Shown here: piece by piece, positions 24,981 through 31,951 of the stretch
Layout of the letters: every line of letters begins with the position of its first letter
Position numbering within the stretch: position 1 is the first letter of the stretch
From: Trichlorobacter lovleyi SZ
GTDB lineage: Bacteria > Desulfobacterota > Desulfuromonadia > Geobacterales > Pseudopelobacteraceae
DNA length: 32,000 bases
Assembly (NCBI RefSeq): GCF_000020385.1
Contig: NC_010814.1
Coordinates: 720,001 to 752,000 of the forward strand
Direction: 5' to 3'
The notes under the pieces: model-generated
The model's database searches: none
Told to the model about the DNA's origin: nothing
The model's input: only the letters and a program-made list of their open reading frames with translations
Translations under genes and position numbers: made by a program

Positions 24981-26144
24981 TCAGAACAACCTGCAGAGCT
25001 GGGCGCAGATGATCCCCAGGTAGGTGCCGAAGATATTGCCCAGAATGGCCAGCAGCAGCCCCACCGAGGCCAGGCCGGGCTGGTAGACCTCTGCCACCAC
25101 CGGGGCAGATGCCACGCCACCCACATTGGCCTGGCTGGCAGCAGCCACCAGAAAGAACGGGGCCTTCAACAGGCGGGCCGCCACCAGCAGGAACAGGGCA
25201 TGCACCGCCATGATCAACAGCCCGGCGCCGATCAAGATCAGACCGGAGCCGATGCTGGCCACCGAGGCCTTGGCCCCGATGGCGGTCAGCACAAAGTAGA
25301 GCAGCCATGAGCCGGCAGTGGAGGCGCCGTGCTGTTCCAGTCTGCGGGCCGGGGTGCAGGAGAGCGCCAGCCCCAGCAGCGAGACCAGCACGATGGTCCA
25401 GGTGTAGCCGGAAACCACATCCTTGATCACCGGCAGCCGGCTGCCCAGCCAGTGGGACAGACCGCTGCCCGCAGCTGCGGCAGGCAGGATCAGCAGAAAA
25501 CCGGACGGGCTGAAGCGTTGCTGTAGCGTCTGCCCGGCTGCTGCAAGCCGGTTACCCAGCTCATCGATAATGCGGCGGTCAGCCCGGTTCCAGCGGTCAA
25601 AGGCCGGCTGCCAGGCTACCCCGGCGATCAGGGCCGCCATCCAGAGGTAGGGTACCACCGTATCCACGATCACCATCGGCGCAAAGACCTGATCCGGTAC
25701 GGCCAGCGCCTCCTTGACGGCGATCATGTTGGCGCTACCGCCGGTCCAGGAGGCGGACAGGGCGCCGAAGCCGGACCAGAACCGTTCACCGACCAGCGGT
25801 TTGAACAGTCCGAAGACCAGGGTCGCCCCCGCGATAATCCCCGCTGCGCCGCTGAAGAACATGGCCAGTGCCGTCGGCCCCAACCGCAGGATCGCCTTGA
25901 GATCCACTGCCAGCAGTAACAGCAGCAGGCTGGCGGGCAGAAGCCAGGTGGTGATCAGGCCGTAGACCGGGCTTCTGGCATCAAGCAGGCCAAAGGTGCT
26001 GGCCAGCATCGGCAGAAAGTAGATCCAGAAGACCGGCGGCAGCAGGTTGAACCAGGCCTTGGTCCGCTGATGGCGCGCAAGTCCCAGGATCAGCAGCTCA
26101 ATGGTCAGCAGGATCATGACTATCAACAGCGGGTGACTGACCAT
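24981..26144 (-). CDS. Polytopic membrane protein, DUF819-like, 387 aa
   Basis: It has about 11-12 hydrophobic segments and a SWTGGSANMIAVKEAL block recalled from the DUF819/YjcL family. It starts 8 nt after the upstream small gene. Confidence 0.6.
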   Translation of the reverse strand: MVSHPLLIVMILLTIELLILGLARHQRTKAWFNLLPPVFWIYFLPMLASTFGLLDARSPVYGLITTWLLPASLLLLLLAVDLKAILRLGPTALAMFFSGAAGIIAGATLVFGLFKPLVGERFWSGFGALSASWTGGSANMIAVKEALAVPDQVFAPMVIVDTVVPYLWMAALIAGVAWQPAFDRWNRADRRIIDELGNRLAAAGQTLQQRFSPSGFLLILPAAAAGSGLSHWLGSRLPVIKDVVSGYTWTIVLVSLLGLALSCTPARRLEQHGASTAGSWLLYFVLTAIGAKASVASIGSGLILIGAGLLIMAVHALFLLVAARLLKAPFFLVAAASQANVGGVASAPVVAEVYQPGLASVGLLLAILGNIFGTYLGIICAQLCRLF

Positions 26145-26152
26145 GGCAGTGA

Positions 26153-26557
26153 TTATTGGATGGTAACGGTCACGGTGCTTGGGCCGGTGCTGTTGCTTGA
26201 GGTCTGCTGGACCTGCAGGGTGTTGCCGGAGCGGCTCAATAATTGCCAGTAGGCCTTAACCTCCACCGTGGTGCCGGTATGGCTGTCGGTAAACTCTCTG
26301 CGCAGCGCGCCGTCCGGTTGCACCTCCCAGCGCTTGCAGCTGACAAAAGCGGGGTAGTTGCTGCAGGTCAGGCTGCCGTTGCTGTTGAAGGTCATGCTGC
26401 CGGTGGGATAGCCGGAACTGACCATGATCTTGCCTGAAACCAGGGCATTGGTGAATTGGGGGCCGGGAGGGCTGAAGAGGTTTTCTGCCGCTGCGATACC
26501 GCTGGTTGCAACGGCACAACTGAGGGCCACGAGGGCGATACGAAGTTGTCTTTTCAT
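26153..26557 (-). CDS. Small exported protein, 134 aa
   Basis: The signal peptide is MKRQLRIALVALSCAVATSGIAAA. RBS AGGCAGGAA. The mature part is beta-rich and Ser/Thr-rich with 2 Cys. Confidence 0.65.
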   Translation of the reverse strand: MKRQLRIALVALSCAVATSGIAAAENLFSPPGPQFTNALVSGKIMVSSGYPTGSMTFNSNGSLTCSNYPAFVSCKRWEVQPDGALRREFTDSHTGTTVEVKAYWQLLSRSGNTLQVQQTSSNSTGPSTVTVTIQ

Positions 26558-26666
26558 AGGGTGTTTCCTGCCTTTCCATGTAGAGGTTTGGTGCTGCTCA
26601 AATCGTCTGTTCTGCTCATTCAGTAAGCGGTCTGTTGTTGTCTTTCAAGTGACGTATCCTTGATCA

Positions 26667-26681
26667 GCCAACTCTGTTGGC
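26667..26681. promoter_or_regulatory. Isolated perfect dyad GCCAAC-TCT-GTTGGC
   Basis: It has the same dyad as the UAS elements but no third half-site and no -24/-12 match at the expected distance. It lies 6 nt past the stop of 26688-27053. Confidence 0.3.
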
Positions 26682-26687
26682 AGTTTG

Positions 26688-27053
26688 TCATTGCAGCTTC
26701 ACCGACCCATCCGGCTCTATAATCAGGGCATAATTAAAACCGGTCAGGTTAAAACAGCCCAGCCCGAGCCCTGTTTTTTCTTGAGGCGACATCCTGAGAA
26801 TGCCATTTACGTAGATCTCATAGATACAGGGATCTTTCAGGTTATAGTTGATGCTGGAGTTTGCGTTGACATGCACCACTTCCGGCCTGTTCAGGATGGT
26901 GCTGTTGGGATTAATGGTTATAAAACGGACAGAGACGTTATTCCTGCCCTTGTTGTTCAGGTTGATGTTGCTCCCGGCCCAGGCGGTCTGGCCCCCTGAC
27001 GCCAGAAAGAGTGTTACGGCTAGCAGTAGGTTGGTGAAGGTTTTTGGTGACAT
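26688..27053 (-). CDS. Small exported protein, 121 aa
   Basis: The start is ATG 27053 (AGGAGA RBS). The signal peptide is MSPKTFTNLLLAVTLFLASGGQTAWA. Confidence 0.65.
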   Translation of the reverse strand: MSPKTFTNLLLAVTLFLASGGQTAWAGSNINLNNKGRNNVSVRFITINPNSTILNRPEVVHVNANSSINYNLKDPCIYEIYVNGILRMSPQEKTGLGLGCFNLTGFNYALIIEPDGSVKLQ

Positions 27054-27172
27054 ATCGTGTTTTCTCCTGTTTTCCGGTATTCCCCTGCAGGCCATACCTG
27101 TTTTGTCTGTCTAAAACGATTTAAAATATTTTTTTGATTTTTTATCCGTCCGAACCAGCACTGATTGCGGTA

Positions 27173-28135
27173 TTATCGTTCATACCGGCGGGCAGCCTCT
27201 TTGACCGTCTGCAGCGCCTGCTCTTTGGGGACCACCAGTTCTCCGACTTCAGGCTGGTGGCCGGAGCCCCATTGGGTCAGCACAACATAGCTGAGGGCGT
27301 TGCCGGGTAAGGCCACCGCCATACCGAAGAAGCCGTCAGGGGCGCGGTATTCCACCAAGCGCTCCTGATATCCGGCCACCATGGCGCGAATCTGTTTCTC
27401 CAGGATGCCCGGCAGGTCCGCATCCGGCGGCAGCGCAGGCAGGCCGGCAACCGTTGCCAGGTCTTGCCGCGTGCCCATCAGTATCTGCGGCTGTTGTAGC
27501 GGATCAAGCCAGGCCAGGAGTTTGATCAGCTCGGTTTCATCAAACGCCACGCAACCGCTGGTGGTGTAGCCTGCCTCCAGCCAGGCATGGACAAAGATTC
27601 CGCTGCCGTATCCTTTGACAACCGGCTTACGGTTGTAGCCGGTTATCAGGCCGTGGCGGTAGCGGTTGTCCGCCAGCTTCATCACCTCAAAAGAGGTTGC
27701 ACTGGTCTGGCCGCGTTTTACCCAGGTGTTGTAGTCGGGGGAAAGGACATCATCCACCCACAGGTCATTCTCGGTTGCCTGTTGGTACGGCATGCTGCTG
27801 GTGATGGAAGCGGCATACCCAAAGGCCGATTCCAGCGCAAACAGGCCGGTTGGTGCCCGGCCATCACCTTCGCGCTTGTCACCGGCAGGTGCGAAGCCGT
27901 TGCGGCCGGTAACTCCCGCCAGGGGACCGGTGCGCAGCTCCCAGCCAAGAACCGTGCGTTCAAAGGCATAGATTTTCACCATTGAACTGTCGCGCGACTC
28001 TGCCAGTGCAACCAGCAACTGATTGCCGGTGATAACCGTGCCGTTCAGTGACGACTGGCTGTCAGACGGTTGTCCGGCGCAGCCGGAGATCATCAGGAGG
28101 CCGATCAAAAAAAAGTGGGTGATGATACCTTTCAT
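27173..28135 (-). CDS. L,D-transpeptidase (YkuD-fold) family lipoprotein with extra C-terminal domain, 320 aa
   Basis: The start is ATG 28135, giving MKGIITHFFLIGLLMISGC (lipobox). The catalytic block is GSGIFVHAWLEAGYTTSGCVAF (His...Ser-x-Gly-Cys). Confidence 0.75.
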   Translation of the reverse strand: MKGIITHFFLIGLLMISGCAGQPSDSQSSLNGTVITGNQLLVALAESRDSSMVKIYAFERTVLGWELRTGPLAGVTGRNGFAPAGDKREGDGRAPTGLFALESAFGYAASITSSMPYQQATENDLWVDDVLSPDYNTWVKRGQTSATSFEVMKLADNRYRHGLITGYNRKPVVKGYGSGIFVHAWLEAGYTTSGCVAFDETELIKLLAWLDPLQQPQILMGTRQDLATVAGLPALPPDADLPGILEKQIRAMVAGYQERLVEYRAPDGFFGMAVALPGNALSYVVLTQWGSGHQPEVGELVVPKEQALQTVKEAARRYER

Positions 28136-28300
28136 CGGTCTGACTTTCTCTGCGTAATCAGGATCACAACCGATAATGACCGTGAGGCCGGGCAGGATCA
28201 TCCCCTGCGTCAAACACTGCTGTATGAACTGTCGTATTCCTGAGATCATGGCTCTTTCTCTCGATAAAACTCCCGGTCACTTCCGTTCCTGCTATTCATT

Positions 28301-28684
28301 TCATCGTTTAGCCGCTTTGAATATTATTTCACACGCAGCACTCTTGCTCGTTCTAGGCTTTATAGTCGGAAGAGGCAACATGTCCAGCTTTAGAAAGAGG
28401 GCTGTATTTATTTGATTATCGGGGATTGTGCAGCCGAATTCGGTGTTGTCTGGTGATATAGCAGAACAGGTATACGTAAGAGCCTTCTCCGGCGACTGGT
28501 TTTTATAAAGCTTGGCAGTGAAGCTTTGCCATTTGCCCCAGTTCCAAAAATGACGCCAAGAACTAAGCTCTGTAACGTTAAGATCACAGGATATTTCTCC
28601 GTTAGACCAGTCGGCAGCCTGCGTGGCAGGGGCTGCTGCAAAGAGCGACACTATCAAAAGTGCGGTAATAGACAGTTTTTTCAT
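28301..28684 (-). CDS. Small exported protein, 127 aa (family A)
   Basis: The start is ATG 28684, 5 nt after GGGGG. The signal peptide is MKKLSITALLIVSLFAAAPATQA. FWNWGKWQSF and ACEIIFKAA are shared with 18882-19322. Confidence 0.7.
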   Translation of the reverse strand: MKKLSITALLIVSLFAAAPATQAADWSNGEISCDLNVTELSSWRHFWNWGKWQSFTAKLYKNQSPEKALTYTCSAISPDNTEFGCTIPDNQINTALFLKLDMLPLPTIKPRTSKSAACEIIFKAAKR

Positions 28685-28725
28685 GGCAGCCCCCTTTTTT
28701 GAAACTGACAAGCTACTTTTGATTC

Positions 28726-28742
28726 AGCAGATTGCATGCCAA
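28726..28742 (-). promoter_or_regulatory. Sigma-54 promoter (-24/-12)
   Basis: The minus strand reads TTGGCATGCAATCTGCT. The -24 G is at 28739 and the -12 C at 28727. The predicted TSS is near 28715, giving a 31-nt leader. Confidence 0.7.
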
Positions 28743-28784
28743 AATATAATGTTGTGATTTTAGTATGTTAGGTAATGAGTGTTT

Positions 28785-28820
28785 GCCAATACGACAACTG
28801 TTGCCGCCAACTCTGGTGGC
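28785..28820 (-). promoter_or_regulatory. Bipartite upstream activating sequence abutting the EBP gene
   Basis: The minus strand reads GCCACCAGAGTTGGC-N15-ATTGGC-N43-TGGCAT. The dyad (28806-28820) ends 1 nt from the EBP stop codon (28822-28824). The dyad centre lies 74 nt from the -24 G. Confidence 0.6.
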
Positions 28821-28821
28821 G

Positions 28822-30048
28822 CTACTCCATGCCCAGCCGCTTCAGCTTCTTGCGCAGCCCCTCGCGGCTCATTCCCAGCCGTTCTGCTGCCTGGGTCTTG
28901 TTGCCTTTGGCCTCTTTCAGCGCCTGCTCGATCAGCTGTTTCTCTGAATCCTTCAGCAGTGATTTTCCCCCGGCTGCTGGTAGAGTGGTCTGCTGCTGCA
29001 GCGGATCAGAAAGGTCGGTCATGGTAATGGTGTCGCCGTAGGCCAGTGCCACAGCCCGCTCAATTTCGTTATCCAGTTCACGCACGTTGCCGGGCCAGGT
29101 ATAGCCGCGCAGCCGTTCCAGCGCCTCTTTGGCAATCCGCATCGGCGGCCTGCCGCAACTGCGGCCCCACTTCTCCAGAAATTGGCGTGCAATCAGGTCA
29201 ATGTCGCCTTTACGTTCCCGCAGGGGCGGAATCCGCAGGGTAACGCCGTTCAGGCGGTAGTAGAGATCCTCCCGGAAGCTGCCTTTGGCAATCTCTTTGG
29301 TCAAATCGCGGTTGGTAGCGGCAATGATCCTCAGATCAACCGGGATGGCGGTCCGGCTGCCGACCCGTTCCAGGGTCCGCTCTTCCAGCACCCGCAAAAG
29401 TTTGGCCTGCAGTTGCAACGGCATCTCCCCCACCTCGTCCAGAAACAGGGTGCCGCCTTGCGCCTGCTGGATCTTGCCGATGCGGGCCTCGACCCCGGTG
29501 GCCACCCCCTTTTCAATGCCGAACATTTCGCTTTCAAAGATGGTCTCCGGGATGGCGGAACAGTTGACTGCCACAAACGGCTTGGCGCTGCGGGGGCTGT
29601 TGAAGTGGATCGCCTTGGCGAACAGTTCCTTGCCGGTGCCGGTCTCGCCGGTGATGATCACCGACAGGCGGGAATCGGCTATCCGTTCTGCCTTGCCGAT
29701 CAGCTCCCTGATCTGGGGGCTGGTGCCGAGGATGGAGGAAAAGGGAAAGGAACGGCGCAGGTTCTTTTTGAGGCTGCTGTTCTCGCGGGCCAGCTGTTCC
29801 CGGGCTGTGCGCAGTTGGAGTTCGGTTGCCCGAAGCTCTTCGATGATCTGCTCCAGCCGGTATTCCCGTGCCTCGACCTTGACCGCCATCATCCCGAACG
29901 ACTCGGCAAAGCGGGCGATCAGGGGGGGGTACTGGCCGCTTTTGGTCAGTTCGAAAATGTCGTTGTATTTACCGTAACGCCCCATGGAGAGGTCTTCGGC
30001 CACGGCGATCAGGCGATCAAGCAGCTGGTTGAGTGGAGTGTCGTGCAT
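28822..30048 (-). CDS. Sigma-54-dependent Fis-family transcriptional activator (bEBP) with a short non-receiver N-terminus and a variant L1 loop, 408 aa
   Basis: The AAA+ core has Walker A GETGTGKE, GGTLFLDEVGEMP and RVGS...IAATNRDL. The C-terminal Fis HTH is KTQAAERLGMSREGLRKKLKRLGM. The GAFTGA position reads GVATGV (29491-29508). The first 100 aa or so are coiled-coil-like with no REC/PAS/GAF pattern. Confidence 0.9.
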   Translation of the reverse strand: MHDTPLNQLLDRLIAVAEDLSMGRYGKYNDIFELTKSGQYPPLIARFAESFGMMAVKVEAREYRLEQIIEELRATELQLRTAREQLARENSSLKKNLRRSFPFSSILGTSPQIRELIGKAERIADSRLSVIITGETGTGKELFAKAIHFNSPRSAKPFVAVNCSAIPETIFESEMFGIEKGVATGVEARIGKIQQAQGGTLFLDEVGEMPLQLQAKLLRVLEERTLERVGSRTAIPVDLRIIAATNRDLTKEIAKGSFREDLYYRLNGVTLRIPPLRERKGDIDLIARQFLEKWGRSCGRPPMRIAKEALERLRGYTWPGNVRELDNEIERAVALAYGDTITMTDLSDPLQQQTTLPAAGGKSLLKDSEKQLIEQALKEAKGNKTQAAERLGMSREGLRKKLKRLGME

Positions 30049-30069
30049 GGTGGCTCCTTGTGTTGTGGC

Positions 30070-30348
30070 TTACTTTAAGGTGCCGTTCCAGCAAAACCAG
30101 CCTGATTGGCCATCATAGGCCTTACCGGCACTGGCAAGCTCGCTTCGCAAGGCAATGGTTAGCAGGTAATAGTTAAGGTGGTTTTGAGAAACAGTATCAA
30201 CCTTGAGGAAAGAGCCGCCTATTGCCCCGTTTCCACAGCTTTTGGAGCTTCCGTAGCCGACGCACAGGCAGGTTGTGGCAGCGGCAGGCAGAACTGCAGA
30301 TACGGCAATCAGTACGGCTACAAAGATGATGCATGCTGTCATTTTCAT
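30070..30348 (-). CDS. Small exported 4-Cys protein, 92 aa (family B)
   Basis: RBS AAAGGGG and a signal peptide are present. The mature part is TTCLCVGYGSSKSCGNGAIGGSFLKVDTV...SGWFCWNGTLK. It ends 21 nt upstream of the EBP ATG. Confidence 0.7.
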   Translation of the reverse strand: MKMTACIIFVAVLIAVSAVLPAAATTCLCVGYGSSKSCGNGAIGGSFLKVDTVSQNHLNYYLLTIALRSELASAGKAYDGQSGWFCWNGTLK

Positions 30349-30403
30349 AGTTTTGCCCCTTTCTTGTTACACTGGTCGTCATATGCTGAATCGTAAGCGT
30401 TGC

Positions 30404-31951
30404 TTACCTGCCTGCCTTTCTCTTTTTGTATTTGGGATCAGTGATCCGTTCCAGGTACTCAAGGGATTGCATCAGTGTCCATGAGATCAGGAAGTAGAGG
30501 ATGGCCACCATGACCAGGGGAAAGAAGGCGTCAAAGGTGCGGCTTCTGATGATGTCGCTGGCCTTGGTCAGATCCTGTACCGCGATGTAGCCGACAATGG
30601 AGGTCATCTTGACCAGGGAGATGAACTCGCCTTTGTAGACCGGCAGGATCCGCCGCACCATCTGGGGCAGCACAATATGCAGGAAGGTGCTGGTCCTGGT
30701 GAAGCCCAAAGAGATACCAGCCTCGGTCTGTCCCTTTTCCACCCCTTCAATGCCGGTCCTGAAGATCTCGGCGGTGTAGGCGCCGAAGTTCATGCCAAAG
30801 GCGATCACCGCCACAATGACCGGGTTGATGTTGATCGAGGCAAAGACGACATAGAAGATCAGCATCAACAGCACCAGTACCGGTGTGCCCCGCAGGATGG
30901 CGATGTAGAGCCTGGCAGGGGCAGAGAGCAGCCTGCTCTTTGCCATCCGCATGAAGCAGATCAGCGCCCCCAGCAGGGTGCCGAAGAGGGTGGCGAAGAC
31001 CGAGATGACCACGGTGGTCTTGAGACCGTCCAGGATCAGCAGATACCGCCTCTCATGGATGATGTTGCTCTGAAAACTGGTGACAAGCTTGCTGAGGAAG
31101 GAGGGGGCGGATGGTGTTAAACTTTTGTTGGTTGCGATGTTCTTCTTCAGGGCAAAGGCCAGTGAATCGACCGTGTAATAAGGAGCGGAAAAGGCGACCC
31201 GTTTCTTGCGTTCTTCCGTGATGGCCAGGGGCGTGGCGATCATATCGATCTTATGGCCTGCCAGGGCGGCAATCTGACTGCCGAACTCTATGTCCGCGTA
31301 TTTGATGCTGCGGTTGCAGAAGGCACCGAAACGCTCCATCAGCTCGATATTAAAACCGATCAACCGGTTCTCTTTCATAACGATAAAGGGCAGCCCGTTG
31401 TCGCTTAGAATCCCCACCACCAGAGGTTTGCCGGTTCCGGCGGCGGTCAGCTTCGGCATCCCGACAGCGCCCTGCTGCATCCAGCGTTTGAGCATGCCGT
31501 CATAGGTGCCGTCCGTGCGGATCTGCTGCAGGAAACGGTTGAAAGAGAGGAGCAGCCCGGCATCCTGTTGATGAAAGGCAATGGAGATCGGCGTGCGGTA
31601 CAGGGGCCCTCCCACAAATCCGAATTCATCGTTGTCCCGCATATATTCCATCAGCTCATCGCGGCTGTAGATGGCGGCGTCTGCCTTGCCGCTCTTTAAT
31701 GCCAGCAGCATGTCGGAGACGGATTTGTACTGCAGCACCGTGGCCCCGGGATAGTGCCTTGTCGCGTACATTTCGTGGGTGGAACCCTGCAGCACGGCAA
31801 TCCGCTTGTCCTGCAGGTCGTTGGCGGTTGCCAGCATGCTGCGGGAGCCGGAGGTGGGCAGCTGGTTGCTGTTGCAGCCGCCTGCTGCGGTACATAGGAA
31901 CAGCACGGCCAGATAGATAAGCAATGAGGTGACCCGCATCGGTTTGTTCAT
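30404..31951 (-). CDS. Fused circularly permuted SBP_bac_3 domain plus amino-acid ABC permease domain, 515 aa; no adjacent ATPase gene
   Basis: A signal peptide/lipobox (LFLCTAAGGC) is followed by an SBP C-half (DLQDKRIAVLQGSTH...GTYDGMLKRWM). The SBP N-half follows (PLVVGILSDNGLPF...ITEERKKRVAFSAPYY). The TMD is identical in protein sequence to that of 9808-12075. Confidence 0.9.
   Translation of the reverse strand: MNKPMRVTSLLIYLAVLFLCTAAGGCNSNQLPTSGSRSMLATANDLQDKRIAVLQGSTHEMYATRHYPGATVLQYKSVSDMLLALKSGKADAAIYSRDELMEYMRDNDEFGFVGGPLYRTPISIAFHQQDAGLLLSFNRFLQQIRTDGTYDGMLKRWMQQGAVGMPKLTAAGTGKPLVVGILSDNGLPFIVMKENRLIGFNIELMERFGAFCNRSIKYADIEFGSQIAALAGHKIDMIATPLAITEERKKRVAFSAPYYTVDSLAFALKKNIATNKSLTPSAPSFLSKLVTSFQSNIIHERRYLLILDGLKTTVVISVFATLFGTLLGALICFMRMAKSRLLSAPARLYIAILRGTPVLVLLMLIFYVVFASININPVIVAVIAFGMNFGAYTAEIFRTGIEGVEKGQTEAGISLGFTRTSTFLHIVLPQMVRRILPVYKGEFISLVKMTSIVGYIAVQDLTKASDIIRSRTFDAFFPLVMVAILYFLISWTLMQSLEYLERITDPKYKKRKAGR
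30407..31087. repeat. 681-bp segment, copy 2, 678/681 identical to 9814-10494
   Basis: See copy 1. Identity stops abruptly at the TMD/SBP junction (31087/31088) and at the stop codon. Confidence 0.95.

Noticed and set aside
26677-26695. Plus-strand sigma-54-like string TTGGCAGTTTGTCATTGCA
   Set aside because: GG and GC are separated by 12 nt instead of 10. It also points into the 3' end of a minus-strand gene. The TTGGC is simply the right arm of the dyad.
28747-28759. IHF-like site AATCACAACATTA (one mismatch to WATCAANNNNTTR) between UAS and promoter
   Set aside because: It is centred only about 14 nt upstream of the -24 G (about -38 from the predicted TSS), too close for the usual IHF bend position. 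The other two modules have no comparable match, and AT-rich sequence produces such matches easily.
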